The notes under the pieces were generated by a model. The model saw only the letters and a list, made by a program, of their open reading frames with translations, searched no databases and was not told where the DNA came from. A stretch of 13,530 nucleotides of DNA from a virus (lineage: Duplodnaviria; Heunggongvirae; Uroviricota; Caudoviricetes): the IMG/VR virus record IMGVR_UViG_3300044623_001231; one strand, 5' to 3'. The translations under genes and the position numbers were made by a program. Of this stretch, positions 1 through 7,500 are shown in pieces. Positions within the stretch are counted from its first letter, which is position 1, and every line of letters begins with the position of its first letter.

Positions 1-683
1 TTCCTTGTAAAAATGAGGAATTATATATAGGAAGGACTCTTCGTTCAATATCTAAACAAATTGGTATTGGGAATATCAAAATTATAATAGCAGATGCTAA
101 TTCAACTGATAATACAATATCAGTAATAGAAGCATCTAAAATATTATATGGATTAAATATAAAAATTATTGAAGGTGGTTCGGTTTCGGTTGCTAGAAAT
201 AAAGGAGCTAGACAAGCAGAAACTCCTTTTATTTTATTCTTAGATGCTGATACTGAATTATTAAGTAATGATATTATATATAAAGCTTTAACATCCATTA
301 AAGATGATGGATATTATTTAGCTACTGGAAAAGTAAAAAGTACATCCTCAACCTTACTATCAAAATTAGCATTTAAATTATTTGTATTTGTTCAAAAGTA
401 TTTATTATTCGAAACATTTTGTACGGGTCAATTCTTTATGATTAGTAGAGTTAGATTTCTAGCTATGAGAGGATTCGATGAGGAGGTAACCCACTCAGAG
501 GACTATCTATTGAGCAAGAGGATAGCCAGGAATCGATTTAAAATTGTAAATGGATATATCGGTCAGGATGATAGAAGATTTAAAAAAATGGGTTATTTTG
601 TATTCTTTTGGTTTTTGGTTAAGAACTACATCAACAAAAACAATAGGGAGTGGTTTATTAATGATGTAGGTTATTGGAAATAA
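1..683 (+). CDS. Glycosyltransferase family 2 (GT-A fold), 5'-truncated by the window edge
   Basis: The frame of listed ORF 438..683 is open back to position 3 and reads PCKNEELYIGRTLRSI...IIIADANSTDNT...SVARNKGARQAETPFILFLDADT...RGFDEEVTHSEDY. These are the GT2 N-terminal motif, the DxD motif and the ED motif. Confidence 0.92.
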   Translation, partial: PCKNEELYIGRTLRSISKQIGIGNIKIIIADANSTDNTISVIEASKILYGLNIKIIEGGSVSVARNKGARQAETPFILFLDADTELLSNDIIYKALTSIKDDGYYLATGKVKSTSSTLLSKLAFKLFVFVQKYLLFETFCTGQFFMISRVRFLAMRGFDEEVTHSEDYLLSKRIARNRFKIVNGYIGQDDRRFKKMGYFVFFWFLVKNYINKNNREWFINDVGYWK

Positions 684-1387
684 TGAAAGTAGAAGCAATG
701 TTTATATCAGATGTCCACTTAGGTTCTAAGGGATGTAACGCTGATAAATTATTAGAAGTTCTTAAAAAATATAAACCAGCTAAATTATTTTTAGTTGGTG
801 ATATCATTGATGGTTGGTTATTAAAAAAACGAAACTATTGGACTCAAGACTTTACAAATATAATAAGAAAAATTCTTTCTTATTCTAAGAATGGAACTGA
901 AGTAATTTATATTACGGGTAATCACGATGAATTCCTACGTTCATATTCATCAACTGAATTGGGTAATATAAAAATTATAGATGAGGTTGAGTGGAACGGA
1001 TATCTAATAACACATGGTGATTTATATGATGGGGTTGTACAACTTAAATGGTTGGGTATATTAGGTAGTTGGGGATATGAAGTTGCAATTACCATAGATA
1101 GATTCTTAAAGAAACGATTGGGTTATAAGAAATCATTTTCCAAAATGTTAAAGGATGGTGTTAAACAGGCAGTTAAATTTATTACCGATTTTGAAAATCA
1201 ACTTGCATATCAATCACATCATAGAAATTTAAAAGGAGTTATTTGCGGGCATATTCATAAACCAGATGACAAAAAAATATCCATCAAAGGGATGGATATT
1301 CATTATTTAAATTGTGGTGATTGGATTGAAAATAATTCCTATATCATATATGATAAAGGTGAGTTTGTGTTATGTAAATCTCTTTAA
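683..1387 (+). CDS. Calcineurin-like metallophosphoesterase, LpxH/PlcP family (often annotated UDP-2,3-diacylglucosamine diphosphatase); PlcP-like phospholipase C is plausible
   Basis: Motifs FISDVHLG, LVGDIIDGW, GNHDE, HGD, GVICGHIH and NCGDW. Start placed at ATG 683, which overlaps the GT2 stop (TAATG), rather than TTG 674. Confidence 0.88.
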   Translation: MKVEAMFISDVHLGSKGCNADKLLEVLKKYKPAKLFLVGDIIDGWLLKKRNYWTQDFTNIIRKILSYSKNGTEVIYITGNHDEFLRSYSSTELGNIKIIDEVEWNGYLITHGDLYDGVVQLKWLGILGSWGYEVAITIDRFLKKRLGYKKSFSKMLKDGVKQAVKFITDFENQLAYQSHHRNLKGVICGHIHKPDDKKISIKGMDIHYLNCGDWIENNSYIIYDKGEFVLCKSL

Positions 1388-1920
1388 ATATTATCAATTA
1401 TATAATCCAATGTAGCATCTTTACCTTTTAAATCCTTCCAATATTTGGAATTAATAAAGGTAGAATATAGGTTTTTCATATTAGTATCCGCTTCCATTTC
1501 CCAAGGTAATTTAACATATGATGCAATATCAGATTTCATTAACTTACCATAATCCTTTACATTGATATACTCCTTACCCTTCCATAGGATAGCACTATAT
1601 TCTTTATTTGGTAAGAGTTCTTTTTTAACAACCTGCTTAACATGCGTTAGTTCATGTATCATTGATTGTATAACTCTCTTATATGATTGATTTGGATTAA
1701 AATGTAAATAAAATTTACCACTATTTACTGAGTTTGAATTTAATGATATATCACCAATCATTCCCGCCTTCTCCTTTTTCTTTACTATAATCTTAGCATT
1801 AAATCCATACTTATCCATCATAAATGAAACTACCGATTTTACCAGCAGCGCTTCATGTGGTTTCATCTTCAAAGATGAACCAAATAAATCTTCATTCATT
1901 ATAGATTTTAATCGTATCAT
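1384..1920 (-). CDS. Putative zinc metallopeptidase-like protein (HExxH)
   Basis: MIHELTHVKQ followed by PWEMEA as the likely third-ligand region. Start is ATG 1920 (MIRLKSIMNE) or 1926. Confidence 0.65.
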   Translation of the reverse strand: MIRLKSIMNEDLFGSSLKMKPHEALLVKSVVSFMMDKYGFNAKIIVKKKEKAGMIGDISLNSNSVNSGKFYLHFNPNQSYKRVIQSMIHELTHVKQVVKKELLPNKEYSAILWKGKEYINVKDYGKLMKSDIASYVKLPWEMEADTNMKNLYSTFINSKYWKDLKGKDATLDYIIDNI

Positions 1921-1931
1921 ATACATAAATA

Positions 1932-1961
1932 TTTGCTTTTTTTAAAATCAGTATATATATT
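1932..1961 (+). promoter_or_regulatory. Putative promoter of the 2063 gene
   Basis: TTTGCTT (1932-1938), then a 17-nt spacer and TATATT (1956-1961). Predicted start site is about 1967-1968. Confidence 0.45.
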
Positions 1962-2062
1962 ATAGAAACCTTGTGGTTAAACCTTCAGTGTCCTTTGAGG
2001 CATTTGAGTTGGAGAAATACCAACGATTGAAGTTTTAAATACAAATAAAAAAATAAGGAAAT

Positions 2063-2890
2063 ATGAAACAATCAGTATGGACGAACAAGTCCAACCCTCA
2101 AGCGTTTGTTACGAAAGACAAACAAAGATTAAAACAATTCGAAGGTGAAGTATATCTCAAAGATGGAGATGAATACCAAATCGAATTATTCAACCCAACC
2201 CAAAATCACATTCTTGCAAAAATCAAAATCGATTCCGATTATATATCGGGTGGAGGTATTGTATTAAGACCCGGTGAGAGAACGTTTTTACAACGCTTCT
2301 TGGATACGAATAATAAATTTGTATTCAGAACATACGAAGTTGATAAAGAAGCAATTGAAGTTGGTGCTACGGCTAATAATGGATATGTAGAAGTAGAGTT
2401 CTATAATGAAATTAAAACGCAACCATTCAATAATGGAATATTATATGGTAATGGTACCACATATACATTCAATTCAACCGGAACTCCATTAGGAATGTGG
2501 AATGGAACAACTACAACCGGTGGAACATTAACCACAACCACATCAACTAATACGGCAACTTACTCAAATATTAACGCAAGTTATACATCAGGTGTTAGTT
2601 CTAGGAGATTAACCGATGGATTCCTATCGCACGTTAGTGGTATTGTAGAAGATAAATCACTTTCAGAAACAGGAATTACGGAAAAGGGTGGAAAATCATC
2701 ACAAGAGTTTGAAACATCTGATAGAAATTTTCTATCTGTATCATTTCATAACGTAGCATGGAGATTATTACCATTCTCAACGAAACATCTTAGTACAAAT
2801 GAATTAAATATATTGTATTGCGGTGGGTGTGGAGCTAAACGAAAGAAAGATTCTCACAAATTTTGTCCACATTGTGGAACACAATATTAA
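2063..2890 (+). CDS. Uncharacterised protein: beta-rich N-terminal domain, T/N/G-rich linker, C-terminal zinc ribbon
   Basis: 275-aa ORF with an A-rich leader. C-terminal CGGCG...FCPHCG is a double CxxC, and there is a low-complexity TTTTGGTLTTTTST linker. Confidence 0.85.
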   Translation: MKQSVWTNKSNPQAFVTKDKQRLKQFEGEVYLKDGDEYQIELFNPTQNHILAKIKIDSDYISGGGIVLRPGERTFLQRFLDTNNKFVFRTYEVDKEAIEVGATANNGYVEVEFYNEIKTQPFNNGILYGNGTTYTFNSTGTPLGMWNGTTTTGGTLTTTTSTNTATYSNINASYTSGVSSRRLTDGFLSHVSGIVEDKSLSETGITEKGGKSSQEFETSDRNFLSVSFHNVAWRLLPFSTKHLSTNELNILYCGGCGAKRKKDSHKFCPHCGTQY

Positions 2891-2917
2891 TTAGTTATAA
2901 CTAATCACAAGGTATTC

Positions 2918-2955
2918 AAAAAAAATCCACTCTATTAAGGGTGGATTTTTCTTTT
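2918..2955. terminator. Bidirectional intrinsic terminator
   Basis: AAAATCCACTCT-ATTA-AGGGTGGATTTT hairpin with A-tract and T-tract flanks, between the convergent 2063..2890 and 2960..3601 genes. Confidence 0.85.
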
Positions 2956-2959
2956 AATG

Positions 2960-3601
2960 TTAATTATTATCGTTTAACTCTTCTAATTCTTCCAATTGTT
3001 TCTGCAATCGGCTAACACTACCCCATACAATTGAAGCATTCGGGTCTAATTTCTTTATCTCTTCCACCAACTCATTACATTTGCCGGTTTTGAAGAATCG
3101 TTCTTCGATACCACGTGACAATTCATTTAAATGAGATGGAGCAGATATACTGATTCGTAAATCATAATCACACCATTTGGTTTTATAATCCCATATTAAC
3201 AATCCTTTAGTTAATTTCCTACTCAAATCATGTAAAAATCTATTACGAACTCTCACAATTGAATTATCGGAACCAAATAAGTGTAAGAATCGTAGAAACC
3301 ATCTAGGACACCATTTAGGTTTAGCCTCATAATCCATAGCAAGAACCAATGGATATATGGCTTTAAACAAATAACCAGTTCCCTCATATGGAACCGAACC
3401 TAAGTAGTGGTACTTCTCATAGAAATCCTTTGGAAAGAATATAGCACGGATATCATCCCATTTTAAATCTCTAGTATGAATCATTCCTTTCTTTCTACCT
3501 TTCCAAAATAGTATGGTATATTTTAAATTCCGCAACATCTCTTTGAATGTTGGCTTTGTCGGTTCAATATAGAATTTACTATTTTTATTTACCTTACTCA
3601 T
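2960..3601 (-). CDS. Hypothetical phage protein
   Basis: 213-aa ORF, tightly packed with its upstream neighbour (4-nt gap). No family recognised. Confidence 0.8.
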   Translation of the reverse strand: MSKVNKNSKFYIEPTKPTFKEMLRNLKYTILFWKGRKKGMIHTRDLKWDDIRAIFFPKDFYEKYHYLGSVPYEGTGYLFKAIYPLVLAMDYEAKPKWCPRWFLRFLHLFGSDNSIVRVRNRFLHDLSRKLTKGLLIWDYKTKWCDYDLRISISAPSHLNELSRGIEERFFKTGKCNELVEEIKKLDPNASIVWGSVSRLQKQLEELEELNDNN

Positions 3602-3605
3602 AACT

Positions 3606-3878
3606 TTACTTTAATTGATTATATCTTTTATTATTTTTTTTACGTTCCCATTCCATTTCAACATCTACCCATTTTCCCAAAGGACAGGCATCCATCTCCG
3701 GTGAATAAACTTTTGCGGTTAGAAAACATCCACATTCTACACAATGTATATATGGTTGGGTTAATTTAGAATCACAACTATCACATATCTCTATTCGTTT
3801 AGCAGCTAATTCAGATTGGATATCATTAGGATTAAACATTATACCCCAAGCTTTGAATATCTCCACTATCTTATTCAT
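3606..3878 (-). CDS. Small Cys-rich metal-binding protein (DUF6171-like pattern)
   Basis: KRIEICDSC...CVECGCFLTAK...CPLGKW pattern. Confidence 0.75.
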   Translation of the reverse strand: MNKIVEIFKAWGIMFNPNDIQSELAAKRIEICDSCDSKLTQPYIHCVECGCFLTAKVYSPEMDACPLGKWVDVEMEWERKKNNKRYNQLK

Positions 3879-3881
3879 AAC

Positions 3882-4115
3882 TTAATTCATTATTTGTTTA
3901 CAATCAAACGTTATTTTTTCATTTAATTTAGGTAATGTCTTACCTATAAATCGTACTTTCTTCTCCTCACCTGTTTTATCTAACTTAACATATAGATAAG
4001 CAGTATCAGTCCAAGAATAAGAAAGAGTAACAGTTACAACACCAGAACACTTTTCGGCAGCAGGTGTAAATCCATATATAGAGATTAGTATTAATATAAC
4101 TAATAATTTTTTCAT
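3882..4115 (-). CDS. Small secreted/membrane-anchored hypothetical protein
   Basis: The N-terminus MKKLLVILILISIYGFTPAA looks like a signal peptide. Spaced 1-3 nt from both neighbours. Confidence 0.75.
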   Translation of the reverse strand: MKKLLVILILISIYGFTPAAEKCSGVVTVTLSYSWTDTAYLYVKLDKTGEEKKVRFIGKTLPKLNEKITFDCKQIMN

Positions 4116-4116
4116 A

Positions 4117-4500
4117 TTATTTCTTTTCTACAATTTCTATTCGGATACTACCACCCTCATTTAACCATGCGTTTACCTTATATGGGTTTGAATCTACATT
4201 TGATGCAGATTGGATATAACCGGAGAAGTGAGGTTTATCACCATTCTCTATTCCAATTTCATATTGGAGGTCATACGTCTTAGAAGGTTTACCATTCCAA
4301 TTATCCAAACCCAACGTAACATTCATTTTATTAGTTCCATTGATTCGGAGGTGACCGGCTCCTTTGAGTTCTCCTAAAAAGGATTGGTATTCAGCATCAG
4401 TAGTAAATGATGGAGATGAACCATTTGTTTTTAATAACTTTCGATTTGCACGTAATTCTCTTACTTTGACAATAGAGTACTTTTTAACAGGTTTATTCAT
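4117..4500 (-). CDS. Hypothetical protein, first gene of a promoter-led unit
   Basis: 127-aa ORF preceded by the TTTAAACCCTTA leader motif and the promoter at 4528-4577. Confidence 0.8.
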   Translation of the reverse strand: MNKPVKKYSIVKVRELRANRKLLKTNGSSPSFTTDAEYQSFLGELKGAGHLRINGTNKMNVTLGLDNWNGKPSKTYDLQYEIGIENGDKPHFSGYIQSASNVDSNPYKVNAWLNEGGSIRIEIVEKK

Positions 4501-4527
4501 ATCTTAAGGGTTTAAATTTTATATACT

Positions 4528-4577
4528 CAAATATACGAAATTTAATCCATATAAACAAGCTATTAGTGAATTATTTT
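4528..4577 (-). promoter_or_regulatory. Bacteroidota-type sigma70 promoter
   Basis: -7 TATATTTG (4535-4528), 20-nt spacer, -33 CTTG (4559-4556), AAAATA at 4577-4572. Confidence 0.8.
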
Positions 4578-4581
4578 TAAT

Positions 4582-4614
4582 CCCCTATTCCCCTTAGAAC
4601 CCCACCGAATCCCC
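4582..4614 (-). other. Potential G-quadruplex motif
   Basis: Minus strand reads GGGG-ATTCGGT-GGGG-TTCTAA-GGGG-AATA-GGGG in an intergenic position. Confidence 0.55.
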
Positions 4615-4725
4615 GTCTATTTAAAAATTTTTATAAGGTGTCGTAAAAAGAGTTTGTTTGATTTCTATTGATAGTTAGCCACTTGGGTGTCTACCGAGCT
4701 ATTGGGTTGTCATCTAGCCGCTCTA

Positions 4726-4980
4726 TTATCGAACCCGTCTATTGGGTTGGGTTTCGATTGTTTTGGCAACCTTTACTCCCTTAGTAGGTTGAGGTTCCTC
4801 CGCTCCGGTTTTGTAATCACTCCACTTTAACCCAAAGAATAGGTTAGCCATTGTTCTACGGAACCAATTGGGCTTAGTAGTGAGAGCAAAAGAGATAAAG
4901 TAATCCTTATCCCCAATCTTCCATTCCCCTATCGGTTTGGGTGAAGGGGCTATACTCATTGTGTTCATTTCGTTTTTCAT
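4726..4980 (-). CDS. Hypothetical phage protein (start may be 4968 or 4959)
   Basis: ORF with KPNWFRRTMANLFFGLKW. It overlaps the 3' end of the upstream ORF. Confidence 0.7.
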   Translation of the reverse strand: MKNEMNTMSIAPSPKPIGEWKIGDKDYFISFALTTKPNWFRRTMANLFFGLKWSDYKTGAEEPQPTKGVKVAKTIETQPNRRVR

Positions 4981-5218
4981 TTTCTTTATATATTTCGTTC
5001 ATTATATTAAATACAACCTGGCAATCTTCATACTCCTCATCCTGAGTTAATTCAGAGAGTAGAGATTCCAAAGATGAATAAGGTATAAGTTCTACAATGG
5101 TTGATGGTTTGATAGTTCCCTTACGAAACGATTCTAACACCCATCCCAACGATTGTACCCGTATCCACCTTAGCTGTTTAATATCCAGCTCATCCATAGG
5201 GTAGAATTTATATATCAT
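4907..5218 (-). CDS. Hypothetical protein
   Basis: 103-aa ORF within a co-oriented gene run. Confidence 0.7.
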   Translation of the reverse strand: MIYKFYPMDELDIKQLRWIRVQSLGWVLESFRKGTIKPSTIVELIPYSSLESLLSELTQDEEYEDCQVVFNIMNEIYKENEKRNEHNEYSPFTQTDRGMEDWG

Positions 5219-5257
5219 ATAGATAAGTATTCCCTATACTGAGAAATGGAGTAACTA

Positions 5258-5482
5258 TCAAACCACCTCCTTATATACCCTACTCAAATCGTTCAATCTG
5301 CTTCTATCCTCAGAGGTATAAAACAAATCACCCAATACCCTATTGATAAACTCCATCTCTAATTTATATCCAATAGCAGTGAAATCATTTACCTTATGTA
5401 TAGGATGGGTTACTTCAATATGGAGTATCCTATATACCTTACGGAGGTATTCCTTCTGCTTATCGTTTATTGAGTACTTCAT
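5258..5482 (-). CDS. Hypothetical protein
   Basis: Start moved to ATG 5482 (MKYSINDKQ), 1 nt after the upstream stop at 5484-5486. Confidence 0.75.
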   Translation of the reverse strand: MKYSINDKQKEYLRKVYRILHIEVTHPIHKVNDFTAIGYKLEMEFINRVLGDLFYTSEDRSRLNDLSRVYKEVV

Positions 5483-5483
5483 C

Positions 5484-5843
5484 TTAATCCTCAAATTCCG
5501 GAACTCCGGCCGCTTCTAACAATTCAACATCATTTGGTTCAATCCATTGAGCTAACGATTGTAGTTCTACCAACTCACCCAAACTTATACGTTCCTTACG
5601 AATCTCTCCCCTTAGATACTCTAATCTCTCCGTTGGGTTCGAACTATATAGTTTCCAACTTAGGGATTCATCCGTACTCAAATCACAAGCAATCTCTATG
5701 TTGTTTAGATTAGTCCATACCTCATCCGATGTACTACTCGGTTCCCTAAACACATCCGCTAATCCCTTACTCCATATAAATTCCCTTATCACTCTAAGGT
5801 CATCCGATATCATCTCTAATCTATGCTTCAATTCGTTTTCCAT
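5484..5843 (-). CDS. Hypothetical acidic protein
   Basis: 119-aa ORF in the operon-like run. Confidence 0.75.
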   Translation of the reverse strand: MENELKHRLEMISDDLRVIREFIWSKGLADVFREPSSTSDEVWTNLNNIEIACDLSTDESLSWKLYSSNPTERLEYLRGEIRKERISLGELVELQSLAQWIEPNDVELLEAAGVPEFED

Positions 5844-6279
5844 ATAATACTCTTAAATGATTTAATAATTCTTTATCTACCTTATCGTATCCCTCTATTA
5901 GAAGTACTTTCTTTAATTGGTCTATAATAACATCACCACCAATCTCTCTACTTCCTATACGATAATCCCTTAGTGGTTCTATCCAAGCTAATAGGGTTTC
6001 GATTCCCTTTCGTTTATCTTCGGTTAATTTCATAATACTGTTTTCATTTGGGGTCATTGATTCAATCTCATTGGCAATCGCCAACTTCTCAATCTCATCC
6101 AATAGGGATTTATATGTAGCCGACCCACTAGCGGCTAGGTACTTACCCCAATCTCTATCTATTGATAGGAGCATTTCATCCAATTCATCCTTTGTTTCCA
6201 TTTCTTTTATTCGTTTGGCTTGGTCTAACGCTAATTTAGCATTATCAATACTCATCTGCCTTAATTCATCTGAATCCAT
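5821..6279 (-). CDS. Hypothetical coiled-coil protein
   Basis: Start moved to ATG 6279 (MDSDELRQ), immediately after the methyltransferase stop at 6281-6283. Confidence 0.75.
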   Translation of the reverse strand: MDSDELRQMSIDNAKLALDQAKRIKEMETKDELDEMLLSIDRDWGKYLAASGSATYKSLLDEIEKLAIANEIESMTPNENSIMKLTEDKRKGIETLLAWIEPLRDYRIGSREIGGDVIIDQLKKVLLIEGYDKVDKELLNHLRVLYGKRIEA

Positions 6280-6280
6280 A

Positions 6281-6823
6281 CTATACTCCTTTAATCCAGC
6301 TATGGTCTTTAAATACACCATCTACCTTATCATCAAATATGATTCCAATAGAGTGTCTTACATTACCCCACCCATAATCATGTCCAGATACGAATCCTCC
6401 TTTAGAGATTATAGTACGATAGTTATCAATATCAAACATCACACCCTGCACTGTATGTAATCCATCTATATACACTAAATCCCATTCCCGTTCCTTTAGT
6501 ATAGAAAAAGAACGTTCTGATGTATCTCTAATAGATTTAATATTAGGTATGTCCAACGTATTCCTTAAGAACTCTGAATAGACATCATCAAAAGGTGCGA
6601 ATGAACAAGCCATATCCGTAACATCATAGTTATCCATATAAGGGTCAACCGAAACAACTTCCTTAAAGTGTTTAGCGAATATCATTGTACTCTCCCCTAT
6701 ATACGAACCAATCTCAATCATCCTCATTTCCGATGTAGGTCTAATCTCATTAATCCAACGTATCATATCTTCGAGCCCTTCCACCTCATCGGGTGTTCTC
6801 ATTGTATAGAATTTGTTACTCAT
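6281..6823 (-). CDS. Class I SAM-dependent methyltransferase (Methyltransf_24-like)
   Basis: MIEIGSYIGES (motif I), VSVDPY, DLVYIDGLH and GGFVSGHDY. Confidence 0.88.
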   Translation of the reverse strand: MSNKFYTMRTPDEVEGLEDMIRWINEIRPTSEMRMIEIGSYIGESTMIFAKHFKEVVSVDPYMDNYDVTDMACSFAPFDDVYSEFLRNTLDIPNIKSIRDTSERSFSILKEREWDLVYIDGLHTVQGVMFDIDNYRTIISKGGFVSGHDYGWGNVRHSIGIIFDDKVDGVFKDHSWIKGV

Positions 6824-6917
6824 CCTTACCTTCGTTTTTATAATGTTGGTATGTGAACCAAACGTTAGTCATTCCCCAAACCACCATTAGTGGTAGTACT
6901 ACCCAATCACCTATCAT
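6816..6917 (-). CDS. 33-aa membrane micropeptide (not in ORF track)
   Basis: MIGDWVVLPLMVVWGMTNVWFTYQHYKNEGKDE. Starts by TAATG overlap with the upstream stop and ends by ATGAGTAA overlap with the methyltransferase start. Confidence 0.65.
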   Translation of the reverse strand: MIGDWVVLPLMVVWGMTNVWFTYQHYKNEGKDE

Positions 6918-7132
6918 TAGACATCCAATTTACCATTAGGATGAATCACAATATATGTGTATCCATGTACTGAATTAGTTTGAAACAAATCAGCGATATA
7001 CTTTGCCTCTTCGTAGGTATCCCATTCTACTGCAATACCCTCTGAATCATTAACCAAATGATATTTCTTAATATTATCGGGTTTATCTAATGTCTTTAGT
7101 ACTTTGTACTTTATTACCATTTCGTTTGTCAT
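6917..7132 (-). CDS. Hypothetical protein
   Basis: 71-aa ORF with an A-rich leader. Confidence 0.7.
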   Translation of the reverse strand: MTNEMVIKYKVLKTLDKPDNIKKYHLVNDSEGIAVEWDTYEEAKYIADLFQTNSVHGYTYIVIHPNGKLDV

Positions 7133-7241
7133 TTTTATTCTCCTTACGTTTTTTATCTCTTTTCATTGCCAATAGGAACCATACGGTTAAACCTGCTGCA
7201 CAAACACCAGCGATATCATTCACTATATCTGATATATCCAT
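7083..7241 (-). CDS. 52-aa single-TM protein with charged tail (not in ORF track)
   Basis: MDISDIVNDIAGVCAAGLTVWFLLAMKRDKKRKENK... Starts by TAATG coupling to the 7241..7426 stop and fills an otherwise empty gap. Confidence 0.6.
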   Translation of the reverse strand: MDISDIVNDIAGVCAAGLTVWFLLAMKRDKKRKENKNDKRNGNKVQSTKDIR

Positions 7242-7426
7242 TACTTATGTCTTTTTTCGTATTTAATCTTATTCAATTCAATATCGTTAAGAATCATATC
7301 CCTCTTTTTAGTTAGTTGATTAATCCTTACACTCCTTCCCCATTTACCAAGCCAATTAACAGGTACCATAGATTCCCACTTTTGTAATTCTTTGTTTACT
7401 TCTCTAAGTTCCTTTTTAAGTGCCAT
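7241..7426 (-). CDS. Small basic helical hypothetical protein, first gene of its unit
   Basis: 61-aa ORF directly downstream of the promoter at 7450-7500. Confidence 0.7.
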   Translation of the reverse strand: MALKKELREVNKELQKWESMVPVNWLGKWGRSVRINQLTKKRDMILNDIELNKIKYEKRHK

Positions 7427-7449
7427 TGTTGATTGGATTTTATATTATA

Positions 7450-7500
7450 CAAATATACGAAATAAATCCGACATATCCAAATATTAGACGTATTTATTTT
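7450..7500 (-). promoter_or_regulatory. Bacteroidota-type sigma70 promoter
   Basis: -7 TATATTTG (7457-7450), 20-nt spacer, -33 TTTG (7481-7478), AAAATA at 7500-7495. Confidence 0.82.

Noticed and set aside
507-698. Minus-strand 63-aa ORF
   Set aside because: Antisense shadow of the GT2 gene.
4672-4723. GC-richer patch beginning GCGGCTA on the minus strand as another tRNA-like element
   Set aside because: It has only short direct repeats (ACAACCCAA/ACACCCAA, GGCTA) and cannot be folded into a cloverleaf.
6071-6856. Plus-strand ORFs 6071..6460 and 6668..6856
   Set aside because: Antisense to well-supported minus-strand genes, including the methyltransferase, with no promoter or leader motif.
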